A stretch of 64,000 bases of DNA, taken from NCBI GenBank assembly GCA_018820395.1, contig JAHJOG010000032.1:15276-79275 (forward strand), in the 5' to 3' direction. The notes under the pieces are model-generated. The model worked only from the letters and a program-made list of their open reading frames with translations, was not told the origin of the DNA and made no database searches. The DNA is from Gammaproteobacteria bacterium (lineage in GTDB: Bacteria; Pseudomonadota; Gammaproteobacteria; Burkholderiales; Burkholderiaceae_C). A program made the translations under genes and the position numbers. This document shows positions 53,747 through 62,893 of this stretch, in pieces; position 1 is the stretch's first letter, and each line of letters opens with the position of its first letter.

Positions 53747-53980
53747 GCCGTCATCAGGTCGGCGACGCATGTCTCGGCGAATCGTGCCTTATTTCACAGC
53801 ATGAAGATGTTGGATGTGGCCCGTGACGCATACCGTCCCACCACCGCATGCTTGGGGGTTGTTTCGCCATTTGCGTTCTGCTGAAATGCTTGCGCAGTTC
53901 GGCGTGGAAGAGACGGGCTCGCGACGGCATTTGGGCCGTTGCTGGACGCATCACGTGCTGGAGTACAGAGGAAGAACGTG

Positions 53981-56629
53981 ATGAGAGCACCCACCCGAAC
54001 CACGGCCGTCGTCTATGGCCGCCTGCAGTCAAGAGAGCTGAGACTTGCCGCAGCGCGCAACCGCGTTGCAGGTCTTCAGGTCATGACCATGGAGCAATTG
54101 GCGTGCCGGTTGGGGGGTGGATTTCGCCGTCCCATCGACGACGAAGCGCTTCGGAAAGCCCTGCAAACTGCGCTCGCGGACACCGCGCTGGGCGAACTCG
54201 ACAAGATCAAGCTGCTCCCTGGCATGGTGGATGCCTGCGTGGGCACGTTGCGCAAGGTCTGGACGGCGCGCATCGATCTCGCCAACGCCGGAGACCATCC
54301 GCGACTGGCTTCGCTTGCGGCCTTGGAAGGTGCCGTGCTGGCCGGATTGCCCCCCGGCATGAAGCGTCCCGGCGAACTCGTTGACGCTGCCTTGTCGCGC
54401 ATTCGGCATGCGCCAACCGTTCTCGGATGCATCGACGTTCACGGCATGACGGAAATGGAGCCCTGCTGGCGCCCGTTGCTCAGTGAGTTGGCCGCGGTCA
54501 CGGCGGTTCGATGGCACGCCGGGCCACGCTTCGTTCCGCACTGGCTGGCCGGGACTGGCGTGAAGGTCTTGACCGCCGAACCAACGACGCCCGGGCGCGA
54601 GACGGTGAGCGCGGCATCGGCACTGCACGAGGCATTGGAAGCGATACGCTGGGCGCGTCGACTGATTGCGAGCGGCGAAGCCTACCCGCGTGAGATCGCG
54701 ATCGCATCCACATCCCCAAGTGAATTCGACGACCACTTTCTCGCTCTGCGGGCCGACGCGAACATGGACCTGCACTTCGTCCACGGCATCAAGGTAACGG
54801 CGAGCCGCGAAGGCCAGGCCGCCGCTGCGCTCGCAGACATCCTGCTGCGCGGGCTGACACAGCGCCGGTTTCGCCGCTTCGTGGCGCTCGCGCAGGCTCC
54901 CGATGGTCCCTTCGCAGGATTTTCGGGAAGCTGGCTGAAGATCCTGCCAGCCGATGCGCCGCTGTCGTCAGAGCAATCGTGGCAGAAATTGGTCGCGGGC
55001 CTCCCGGCACATTCCTGGCCGGATGGCGCGGATATGACCGTCCGACTGCGCGAGATTCTTCGGCTGCTCCACTTGGGTCACTCGGGCGCAGATGCTGCTG
55101 GAACCGCGCTCCTTCGCGGTCGAGCTCTGGCCATCTGGAAGAAAGCACTCGCCGCCGGCCCGGCAGCATCGCTGGACCTCACGTTGCAGGAGATGCGCGA
55201 GGACGATGGATTCGAGGCGTGCGAGAGCGTTATCTGGCTGCCTGCCGCGCATCTCGCGGCGGCCCCGCGGCCGTTCGTCAGGCTGCTGGGCCTCAACTCG
55301 TCGCGCTGGCCGCGACGCCAGTCGGAAGACCGGCTGTTGTCGGACCACATCGTTCCACGCGAGACGCTTGAACCGCTCGCCGTTTCGGAAGCGGACCGGA
55401 GGGACTTCGAGACGATCCTGCGCACGGCAACGCGCCAGGTCGTCCTGTCCTATGCGCGCCGGGATGGCGAGGGACGTCTGCTGGGCCTGAGCAGCCTTCT
55501 CCACGCCATGCCGACGCCCATCTATCTTCGACGCCACCGTCGCGCTGACCACGCGTTCAGCGAGTCCGACCGGTTGGCGGCAAGGCCCGAGGAATTCGCC
55601 ACGGCAGCGCAGGCCGTAAGCGCTCTGCGTTGCTGGACTGGTTGGTGGAAGACCGACCTGACGGCAAACGACGGTCGCGTGCGTGCGGAGCATCCAGTTG
55701 TCCTCGCTGCTCTGGATCGCCGGCAGTCTGCGAGCTCGCTTTCGCTGATGCTGCGCAACCCGCTGGGCTTCGTCTGGCGGTACGGGATGAAGCTCAAGGC
55801 ACCCGAGCTTTCTGAAGAGCCTCTGGTTCTGGACGCGCGTGAGTTTGGCAATCTCGTGCATGCCGTGCTCGACTTGGCGCTGCAGGTCACCGTGGCCCAG
55901 CAGGCCTCAGGACATCCCGTCGACATCTCGGCCGCCGTGGCTGCCGCGCTCGCAAAGGTTCGCTCGAACTGGGAAGCGGCCCATCCGGTACCGCCCGACT
56001 TCATCTGGAATCGCACGCTGGCGAATGTCGGTGAGCTGGCGTGGCAAGCATTGATGTTGACGCACCGGCACGCGGCCGGCTGGATGTCCTTCAGCGAAGT
56101 CGCCTTCGGCGGCGTCGAGCCCAAGACAGTCGCTGCACTGCCGTGGGACCCCGCACGCGAGGTGATCGTTCCGAAAACACCGTTTCGCGTGGGCGGCTAC
56201 ATCGACCGGCTGGACCTCGAAATCGGAAACGCTCGCGCCATCGTGGTCGACTACAAGACCGGCAAGGCGCGGAAGGATTTTGTTCTGGATGGCGGAAAAG
56301 AACTGCAGCGCTGCCTGTACGCCTTCGCGGTGAAGGCGCTACTCGACCCTGCCGTCGTGGTGGCGCCCTCCCTGCTGTACTTGCGCGTACAACACTCGAT
56401 GCCGATGGCCGACCCAGGCGCGGCGCTGGCTGCGCTGCAGAAGTACCTAAACATCGCGAGGGTCAGTCTCGTTGCGGGCAATGCAGTGCCTGGCATCGAT
56501 GCGGCCGGCACATACGACGACCTGGCGTTTGCACTGCCCGCAAACGCCGCAGCGAGCTACAACAGGCGCAAGCAGCAGGCGGTATCCGACCTGCTGGGCG
56601 ATGCAACGCTGATCTGGGAGGCCGAATAA
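53981..56629 (+). CDS. AddB-like PD-(D/E)xK nuclease-family protein
   Basis: ATG at 53981 after GAGGAAG. The C-terminal 'FRVGGYIDRLDLEIGNARAIVVDYKTGKARKD...LQRCLYAFAV' is a RecB-type nuclease motif. Large helical/inactivated helicase-like body. Its stop overlaps the next start (TAATG at 56627-56631). Confidence 0.7.
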   Translation: MRAPTRTTAVVYGRLQSRELRLAAARNRVAGLQVMTMEQLACRLGGGFRRPIDDEALRKALQTALADTALGELDKIKLLPGMVDACVGTLRKVWTARIDLANAGDHPRLASLAALEGAVLAGLPPGMKRPGELVDAALSRIRHAPTVLGCIDVHGMTEMEPCWRPLLSELAAVTAVRWHAGPRFVPHWLAGTGVKVLTAEPTTPGRETVSAASALHEALEAIRWARRLIASGEAYPREIAIASTSPSEFDDHFLALRADANMDLHFVHGIKVTASREGQAAAALADILLRGLTQRRFRRFVALAQAPDGPFAGFSGSWLKILPADAPLSSEQSWQKLVAGLPAHSWPDGADMTVRLREILRLLHLGHSGADAAGTALLRGRALAIWKKALAAGPAASLDLTLQEMREDDGFEACESVIWLPAAHLAAAPRPFVRLLGLNSSRWPRRQSEDRLLSDHIVPRETLEPLAVSEADRRDFETILRTATRQVVLSYARRDGEGRLLGLSSLLHAMPTPIYLRRHRRADHAFSESDRLAARPEEFATAAQAVSALRCWTGWWKTDLTANDGRVRAEHPVVLAALDRRQSASSLSLMLRNPLGFVWRYGMKLKAPELSEEPLVLDAREFGNLVHAVLDLALQVTVAQQASGHPVDISAAVAAALAKVRSNWEAAHPVPPDFIWNRTLANVGELAWQALMLTHRHAAGWMSFSEVAFGGVEPKTVAALPWDPAREVIVPKTPFRVGGYIDRLDLEIGNARAIVVDYKTGKARKDFVLDGGKELQRCLYAFAVKALLDPAVVVAPSLLYLRVQHSMPMADPGAALAALQKYLNIARVSLVAGNAVPGIDAAGTYDDLAFALPANAAASYNRRKQQAVSDLLGDATLIWEAE

Positions 56630-59600
56630 TGGCGAACGCACCTTTGGCAGATGCCGTCGCGCGCCACACGGCGTTGACCGATCACGATCGAACGCTGCTC
56701 GTCGAAGCCGGAGCCGGCTCCGGAAAGACGGCAGTTCTCGCGGGCCGCATCGCGATGCTGTTGCTGCAGGGGAAAGCGCCTAAGAGCATCGCTGCAGTCA
56801 CGTTCACCGAACTGGCTGCTAGCGAGTTGCTGCAGCGGGTGCGTCACTTCGTGGCCAGTCTGTTGCGCGGCGACATCCCGCTCGAGCTCCGCCTCGTGCT
56901 TCCCGACGGTCTGAACGAGGTCCAGCGCCAAGCGTTGCAACGTGCGCAGACTCACATCGACGACGCGACCTGCTCCACGATCCATGGGTTCTGCCAGCAG
57001 CTGATCCGTCCCTATCCCGTCGAGGCCGATGTCGATCCGGGTGCCTCCATCATGGATGCCGACCAGGCCGCGTTCGCTTTCGACGAGGTCGTGGACGGCT
57101 GGCTGCGCACGGAATTGCGTGCCGACGCCGAGGGAGTCCTTGCCGAGTTGATGCTGGCGGATACCGAGGCAACACTCGCCACGGTCCGATCGGTTCTCAA
57201 GCACCTGAAGGCGAACGAGCAGGTCAGGGCGCCCGAAGTCGGATCGCTGATGGAGGCGCAGAGCGCATTCAAGGCGGCGGCCAAGAGCTTCTCCCGTGTT
57301 CCAGTTGGGGCAGGATTTTCGGAGCCGGAAACCGCGGAAGCCATCGCAGCGTTTGCCGAGATGATGGATGGCCTCGACCGCTTCAACGTCGGCACGGCAG
57401 CCGGGGTGGTTGCGCTCTTGCAATCGAAACCAAAGGATGTCTTGTGCACCAGTGCCGGCAAGTTCAAGGTCTTCAAGAAGAAGGGCAAGTGGGAGCAAGC
57501 TGCCAAGGCTGCAGGTCTGTCGACCGCGAGGGGCTCGCATACGGCAGCTGAGGCCGCTAATGCCTACGCTGGTTGCTGCGAAGCGTGGAACACACTGCTG
57601 GCGGCCTCCTCTGCATGGGTTGCAGGCGAGTTGCTGCCCGTCCTACGACCGGCGGTCGAGCGCATGCAGGAATTCAAGCGCGCCAAGGCGCTCATGGACT
57701 TTGATGACCTTCTGAGGTCGGCACGCAACGTGCTGGGTCGCCACCCAGCCGTTCGAAAGGCGCTTGCGGCCAAATACCGGCACGTGCTGGTCGACGAATT
57801 CCAAGACACGGATCCAGTACAGACGGAGATCTTCTGGCGGCTGTGCGGTGATCCGCCAGATGGCGACGACAGTGCTGATTGGCGGCAGTTTCGGATTCGC
57901 CCTGGTGCCCTCTTCCTCGTGGGCGACCCCAAGCAGGCGATCTATCGCTTTCGAGGCGCCGACGTGCTTGCCTATCTCGAGGCGCGCGAGGCCCTGCGCG
58001 TACAGGATCCGGGCAGCATCCTCTCGATCGCCGTAAACTTTCGATCGTGTCGCCCCATTCTGGCCCACGTCAACCAGCGTTTCGCGGCGCCACTTGCGCT
58101 TGCCGGCCAGCCTGGTTTCATCGAGTTGCAGGCCTGGCATCCCGCGCGCGAGGGCGGGCCCTGCGTCACGGCGCTCGACGTTATGGTGGCCGATGCGAGC
58201 GGCAAGGCGAATGCCGAGGCCATACGAAACGGCGAGGCGGAAGCGGTCGCGCGCCTATGCGCCAGCCTGATCGGCAACGAACTTATCAAGGATTCAAATT
58301 CGGGCGAACGGCGGCCGTGTCGCCCCGGTGACATCGCGCTGCTCGCGCCAACGGGCGCAGACTTGTGGAGGTACGAGCAGGCGCTGGAGGACCTTGGCAT
58401 CCCGGTCGCAACGCAGGCCGGCAAGGGATTTTTCAGACGGCAGGAGGTGCAGGATCTGATCGCGCTCACCCGGGTGCTTGCCGACGCGCGGGACAGTCTG
58501 GCGCTCGGGGCGCTGCTTCGGGGCCCCTTGATCGGTCTCACCGACGAGGAGATTCTGGACGTGCTCTGGAATCTGCGGGATGCAGACACGGACTTGCCCG
58601 CCGCGCTCAGCCTGAACATGGATGTCGCACGCATCGAGGATCCGCTTGTTCGCAACGTCGTCCAGCGTCTGCAGGGGCTGAGGCGGCGGTCGCGCAGCAC
58701 GACGGCGCACAACCTGCTCGCGCAGGCGATCGACGAACTGCAAGTCAGGCCCGTACTGATGCAGCGCAGCGGCCGCCAGGCAGAGCGCGCGTTGGCAAAC
58801 GTCGACTTGTTTCTGAACCTCGCCCGTGCCTATGACGTCCGAGGCCTGACTGCGTTCTCGGACGTCGTGCGTCTGGCGTGGGAAGACGAGAGCCGTGCGG
58901 TGGAAGGGCGACCGGACGCCCAGGAAGAGTCTGTAGCGTTGCTCTCCATGCATGCGGCAAAGGGACTCGAGTGGCCTGTGGTCGTGCCCATCAACGGTGC
59001 CACAGCGACCATGGCGCCTGATCGAATGGTGCTTTCACGCACCGACGGCACGCTGTATTTCCCAATCTTGGGCGTGGCCCCTACGGGTCACGAGCAAGCC
59101 CTGGCCTTGGAAGCGGCCGAGCTCCAACGCGAGCGCGTGCGACTCTGGTACGTGGCTGCCACGCGCGCACGCGAGCTGATGATCCTTCCCCGCCTGGACG
59201 TGAGCGCTTCGGGAAACTCTTGGAATGCGATCGTCGACCTGGGACTGGCGGCACTTCCCGGCGCTCCGATCCCGACGGACCTTCCGGCAGTGGTGCCGGG
59301 CCCGCTGGAGGCGACGAACACGCAGAGCCGAGATGCATTTCAGGAGGAGGCCGCGCGGATTGCGGCAGCCGGTCACGCCATCGTCTGGGCGGTCCCCAGT
59401 CGCGAAGAAACCGCCGCGACGCCCCTTCTGCGTGAGGAAACACCACAGGTCTACGTCACCGCTGCGGGCCATCCGACAGAGCCGCCAGAGGATTTGCCGG
59501 CAGCCCAGGGCAGCCGCGAGCGCGGGTTGATCTTGCACAAGCTGCTTGAGGAGGTTCTGACAGGCGAGACGTCCGATGATGCTGGCGCACTGGCTGCGCG

Positions 59601-60006
59601 AGCCGTCGAACTGTCCGAGATGCTCGGCACGGTTATCTGCGAGGACCCTGGGCAGGGCGTCTCAGCCGTCGAGCTCGCAGCCACTACGCGCAAGGCGCTT
59701 GCGATCGATGTCGTCGCGGCCCTGCGGCCGAGACTGGTTCCAGAGTTCAACGTCTATGCGTCCAGCGATCTTGATGGCAAGGAGCACGTTCGCGCGGGCA
59801 TCGTGGACGCGATCGCGTATGGCGACGACGGGGCGCCTCTGGCCGTTATTGACTGGAAAAGCGATGTGGCGCCGACGGCGGAGGTCGTGGCCCACTACAA
59901 AGCGCAAGTCCGATCGTATTTGGACATGACCGGAACACTCAAGGGATACGTCGTTTTTGCAAGCACCGGGATCGTCCACGAAACCACGCCCACGAACTTG
60001 CTTTGA
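56629..60006 (+). CDS. AddA-like UvrD/Rep helicase with a C-terminal PD-(D/E)xK nuclease
   Basis: The start 'MANAPLADAV' at 56629 (the ORF is open from 56041) overlaps the AddB-like gene. Helicase: 'LLVEAGAGSGKTAVLAGRIAML', 'HVLVDEFQDTDPVQ', 'LFLVGDPKQAIYRFRGAD', 'LLSMHAAKGLEWPVV' and 'RLWYVAATRARELMIL'. Nuclease: 'GIVDAIAYGDDGAPLAVIDWKSD...YKAQVRSYL'. Confidence 0.85.
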   Translation: MANAPLADAVARHTALTDHDRTLLVEAGAGSGKTAVLAGRIAMLLLQGKAPKSIAAVTFTELAASELLQRVRHFVASLLRGDIPLELRLVLPDGLNEVQRQALQRAQTHIDDATCSTIHGFCQQLIRPYPVEADVDPGASIMDADQAAFAFDEVVDGWLRTELRADAEGVLAELMLADTEATLATVRSVLKHLKANEQVRAPEVGSLMEAQSAFKAAAKSFSRVPVGAGFSEPETAEAIAAFAEMMDGLDRFNVGTAAGVVALLQSKPKDVLCTSAGKFKVFKKKGKWEQAAKAAGLSTARGSHTAAEAANAYAGCCEAWNTLLAASSAWVAGELLPVLRPAVERMQEFKRAKALMDFDDLLRSARNVLGRHPAVRKALAAKYRHVLVDEFQDTDPVQTEIFWRLCGDPPDGDDSADWRQFRIRPGALFLVGDPKQAIYRFRGADVLAYLEAREALRVQDPGSILSIAVNFRSCRPILAHVNQRFAAPLALAGQPGFIELQAWHPAREGGPCVTALDVMVADASGKANAEAIRNGEAEAVARLCASLIGNELIKDSNSGERRPCRPGDIALLAPTGADLWRYEQALEDLGIPVATQAGKGFFRRQEVQDLIALTRVLADARDSLALGALLRGPLIGLTDEEILDVLWNLRDADTDLPAALSLNMDVARIEDPLVRNVVQRLQGLRRRSRSTTAHNLLAQAIDELQVRPVLMQRSGRQAERALANVDLFLNLARAYDVRGLTAFSDVVRLAWEDESRAVEGRPDAQEESVALLSMHAAKGLEWPVVVPINGATATMAPDRMVLSRTDGTLYFPILGVAPTGHEQALALEAAELQRERVRLWYVAATRARELMILPRLDVSASGNSWNAIVDLGLAALPGAPIPTDLPAVVPGPLEATNTQSRDAFQEEAARIAAAGHAIVWAVPSREETAATPLLREETPQVYVTAAGHPTEPPEDLPAAQGSRERGLILHKLLEEVLTGETSDDAGALAARAVELSEMLGTVICEDPGQGVSAVELAATTRKALAIDVVAALRPRLVPEFNVYASSDLDGKEHVRAGIVDAIAYGDDGAPLAVIDWKSDVAPTAEVVAHYKAQVRSYLDMTGTLKGYVVFASTGIVHETTPTNLL

Positions 60007-60051
60007 CTGTTTGCCAAACAACCAGGCGCAAATTCCAAGGACCTCATCGTC

Positions 60052-61035
60052 GTGCAACCCCAAACTGATCATTCCCAGTCCTCATACACAAGAGAGAGAT
60101 CCAACGTTTTGCTTTGGGCAGCAGGAGTCATCCTTTTCGTGGGACTGGGTTTCGGAATCGCGTCGTTCATCGCGGCGCGAGATCGGCCTCAGGTTCAGAC
60201 AACCGACTGGCCGCGCAAGCCGCTGCCCGTCGATCGAGCCTTGGCTGCCAATACAAGCGCCATTGCCACAGCATTCAACAACTTCGAACAAACCCGCAGG
60301 GACATCGACCGACGCTATCTTGAAAGACTGATCGAGAGCGATCGAGATGCAGCAGAGTTGGGTTCCAGCACTGCGACCCTTGCGCAAACGCTCCGCCTGA
60401 AGGCCGCCGGTAGTTTACGAGGCGAGGACAAAACGCGCGAATACCTGCACGCTCGCCTGAGCCCCTCGATCGACGCCGTCAGGCAGCGCTATCTCAACGA
60501 GCTTGCCGCGGCGTTGACACGTTTCGAGATCGAGTTAGAAAAATGTACTGTGGCTCTGGCATTTGACCTTGCAATTGAACTGCCCAGGTCAGATACCACG
60601 GCGGTCTCGATGTCCGCGAGTACGACTGCGGAAACTGGAACACCCGGGCTAGGGAAGCTTGGGGTTGCGGCGGCGTTTGGCGCATTGGATGCTTCCGCGA
60701 TCAGCGGGATCGCCGGCAGAATGTTCATGAAGCAGATTGGTCGCCTAATGGCTGTTCCCGCGATTGCGATGTCAGACGGCCTACTTCCGATTGGCGATCT
60801 GATCGCGATTGCCTTTGCGGGCTGGACAGCATGGGACATCTATCACCTTCGCTCACAGTACCAGCGTGAGTTGCTGGCGCAGTTGACCCAGGGACGCAGC
60901 GCCTTCGTTCGCGATGTCGATGCCTGGGTGAATCAGCAGGCGGGCGCAATGCGTGGTCGAGCCCTGGCGGCGCGAGACGAGATCTCGCGCAAAGCAATGA
61001 AAGAAAACATTAGCACCGGAAGGACCAATCGATGA
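60052..61035 (+). CDS. Hypothetical membrane protein (327 aa)
   Basis: GTG start. N-terminal TM 'VLLWAAGVILFVGLGFGIASFIAA', helical middle, and C-terminal hydrophobic segments 'LGVAAAFGALDASAISGIAG...LLPIGDLIAIAFAGWTAW'. Confidence 0.5.
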   Translation: MQPQTDHSQSSYTRERSNVLLWAAGVILFVGLGFGIASFIAARDRPQVQTTDWPRKPLPVDRALAANTSAIATAFNNFEQTRRDIDRRYLERLIESDRDAAELGSSTATLAQTLRLKAAGSLRGEDKTREYLHARLSPSIDAVRQRYLNELAAALTRFEIELEKCTVALAFDLAIELPRSDTTAVSMSASTTAETGTPGLGKLGVAAAFGALDASAISGIAGRMFMKQIGRLMAVPAIAMSDGLLPIGDLIAIAFAGWTAWDIYHLRSQYQRELLAQLTQGRSAFVRDVDAWVNQQAGAMRGRALAARDEISRKAMKENISTGRTNR

Positions 61036-61829
61036 ATAAGTCAGCGATGTTGCGCTTTGGGGCATGCTTGCTGTCCCTCATGACGACGGTCACATCGGCC
61101 GGACCTGTTGTCATCGCCGCGGAAGCGGTGGATCGCGCTTACGTTGCGGCGATGCGAGCGAGCGGGGAAAGGCGTGCGGAGTCTGCCGCTGCGCAAGCTG
61201 GATCGAAAGCCTCAATCGAACGATTGGCAGCCGTCCACGGCGATCGGGTCCTCGATGTCGTAGGACACAGCGGCATCGAGTTCCTGGAGGCAGCCGGTCG
61301 TTACGGAGACGAGTTTGTGCAGATGGCCTTGAGCGCTTCACCGTCAGCTCGTCGCATGCTCGCCATAAATCCAGGCGAGCTGATGCCTCTCGCGAGAGAG
61401 TTCGGGGATGCGGCGCTGGAAGCTGAAGCTAAAGCCCCCGGGCTAGGGCGTCGCATGTTTGAAGTCTTCGGGAAAGACGAAGGTGCCCGCCTCGCGGTTG
61501 AGGTTCCGGCGTCAGACCTCCCGAGGTTGATCGCCTATGGGGAGAAAGGCACCGACGTTGCCGCCCGGAGCGCGTTGGTGGTTGCCTACCGCAAGGAGGG
61601 AGCCTCCCTGTTTAAGCGTATCCCGCCGGGACGGGTGTTGGAATCTGGTCTCACTGCAGCCGTGCTTGTTAGAGCTGTCGGCTCGCTGAGTGTCTACCGC
61701 GCAGTGGCAGATTTCATCCGGGAGCATCCGTTTCTTTTCATGCTCGCCGTCGTCCTGAGCGCAGGTGCCTGCATGTTTGCATGGAGACTCTGCAACAAGA
61801 TTTCGCTTGCAGGGCTCCGCGGGCCCTGA
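61032..61829 (+). CDS. Hypothetical secreted/membrane-anchored protein (265 aa)
   Basis: The start overlaps the upstream stop (ATGA). Signal-peptide-like 'MLRFGACLLSLMTTVTSAGP' and a C-terminal TM 'FLFMLAVVLSAGACMFAW'. Confidence 0.5.
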   Translation: MNKSAMLRFGACLLSLMTTVTSAGPVVIAAEAVDRAYVAAMRASGERRAESAAAQAGSKASIERLAAVHGDRVLDVVGHSGIEFLEAAGRYGDEFVQMALSASPSARRMLAINPGELMPLAREFGDAALEAEAKAPGLGRRMFEVFGKDEGARLAVEVPASDLPRLIAYGEKGTDVAARSALVVAYRKEGASLFKRIPPGRVLESGLTAAVLVRAVGSLSVYRAVADFIREHPFLFMLAVVLSAGACMFAWRLCNKISLAGLRGP

Positions 61830-61955
61830 GCTTTCGGCGCGTGATTGGCAGCTGCCTGTCGTTTGGATCGGCCCGGGCCCACGCCCTAAGTTAAAGCAAG
61901 CCCACTGAGCCCATGAACGCCGGTGGTTGCTTTCTCGGACGCTGGTGACCCGCAT

Positions 61956-62786
61956 CTAATCGGCAGTTCGCCCGATGCGCCGCGAAATCTCGGCCGCACA
62001 TTGAAGCAAGGGCTTTGCCACGGCACCGTCGTATTCGCTGTCGAAGGTCGTCGAAGGGCCCATGACCAGAAGTCCTAGGACGATATGGCCTGCGGGGTCG
62101 AAGACCGGCGCACACAGCGCATCGATGCCCGGGATCGGATGCCCCTTGGTACGCGACAGGCCATGCTTGCGGATCTGGTTGAGCTCGGCTTCCAGACGGT
62201 CCGGCGTGTAGGGGCTGCCCTGCGGCGCTCCATAGCTCGATCGAGCCAGTTCGTTGTCGAGCAGGCGCTCGATGACCTTGGACGGCATATAGGCCGAGAA
62301 CAAGCGTCCGGTCGCCGTATCGGCCAATGACATGACCGTTCCGGTACGCAGGTTCACATGCAGGGGTTGGATCGGCTCTTCGAGTCGGACGACGGTTGGT
62401 CCCAGGTTTCCCCAGACGACCACGGCGACGCTTTGTCCAGTCTCGGTCGCAAGTTCCTCGATGAGTTTCGAAGCCTCCTTGACCGGGTCCATGCGCCGCA
62501 GCTTCGACAGGCCCAGCTGGAGGGCCAGCGGCCCCAACTCGTACTGCCCTGCCTCGGTCTGATCGACAAAGCCGACCTTCAGGAAGCTGACCATGTACGG
62601 GTGCGCCTTGCCGGCCGTCATGCCCGCGGCTTTCGCCAGGTCTTTCAGCGCGAGAGGCCGGACCTGCTTGGCGAGCTGGAGCAGCAGGGCACTGCCGACT
62701 TCGATGGACTGAATGCCGCGCCTGCTCTTTTCCATGGGTCCCAACGCTCGCCAAGAAGGCGTGAGTGTACTCATAGGGTTTTCCAT
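61956..62786 (-). CDS. IclR-family transcriptional regulator
   Basis: 'RGIQSIEVGSALLLQLAKQVRPLALKDLAKAAGMTAGKAHPYMVSFLKVGFVDQ' is the IclR HTH region, and the C-terminal effector domain reads '...GIDALCAPVFDPAGHIVLGLLVMGP'. Start at ATG 62786 (alternatives 62774 and 62735). Confidence 0.85.
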   Translation of the reverse strand: MENPMSTLTPSWRALGPMEKSRRGIQSIEVGSALLLQLAKQVRPLALKDLAKAAGMTAGKAHPYMVSFLKVGFVDQTEAGQYELGPLALQLGLSKLRRMDPVKEASKLIEELATETGQSVAVVVWGNLGPTVVRLEEPIQPLHVNLRTGTVMSLADTATGRLFSAYMPSKVIERLLDNELARSSYGAPQGSPYTPDRLEAELNQIRKHGLSRTKGHPIPGIDALCAPVFDPAGHIVLGLLVMGPSTTFDSEYDGAVAKPLLQCAAEISRRIGRTAD

Positions 62787-62812
62787 GAAATAGATAGATC
62801 GCTCTTGCCGAT

Positions 62813-62856
62813 TCAGATGCGTAGATATTATCAGATGCATTGACAAATATCAGATG
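62813..62856. promoter_or_regulatory. Three direct TCAGATG (TATCAGATG) repeats in the IclR/oxidoreductase divergent promoter
   Basis: Copies at 62813-62819, 62831-62837 and 62850-62856, with 18-19-nt spacing, in an AT-rich 107-nt intergenic region. Candidate IclR operator. Confidence 0.35.
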
Positions 62857-62893
62857 TTCAATAGGATGGAGTCCTTTAGACGGAGACATACGC

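Larger units (their letters stand above)
1..61900. mobile_element. Accessory genomic island / stacked defence-island cargo. The left edge continues outside the window and the right boundary is only approximate.
   Basis: P4-like primase/DUF3987 module at the left edge. A decayed umuC and a decayed NYN gene lie between modules. There is a dense run of restriction/helicase/nuclease/ATPase genes. Ordinary catabolic-looking genes (IclR + FAD oxidoreductase) start only at ~61.95 kb. No integrase, att repeat or tRNA is visible in the window, so the boundaries are inferred. Confidence 0.45.

Noticed and set aside
53272-53826. 184-aa Arg/Gly-rich ORF after the macro gene
   Set aside because: Its composition looks non-protein-like. 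The 53336..53746 frame is coupled by ATGA to the shifted macro frame and looks more like a real protein. Confidence is still low.
56041-56628. 196-aa N-terminal extension of the AddA-like ORF, and similar upstream extensions of other ORFs (15702-15773, 4500-4742, 2476-2661, 33571-33618, 35260-35295)
   Set aside because: The extensions overlap the preceding gene, are Arg-rich or low complexity, and an internal start with an RBS or stop-start overlap gives the conserved N-terminus (e.g. 'MANAPLADAV...GAGSGKT').
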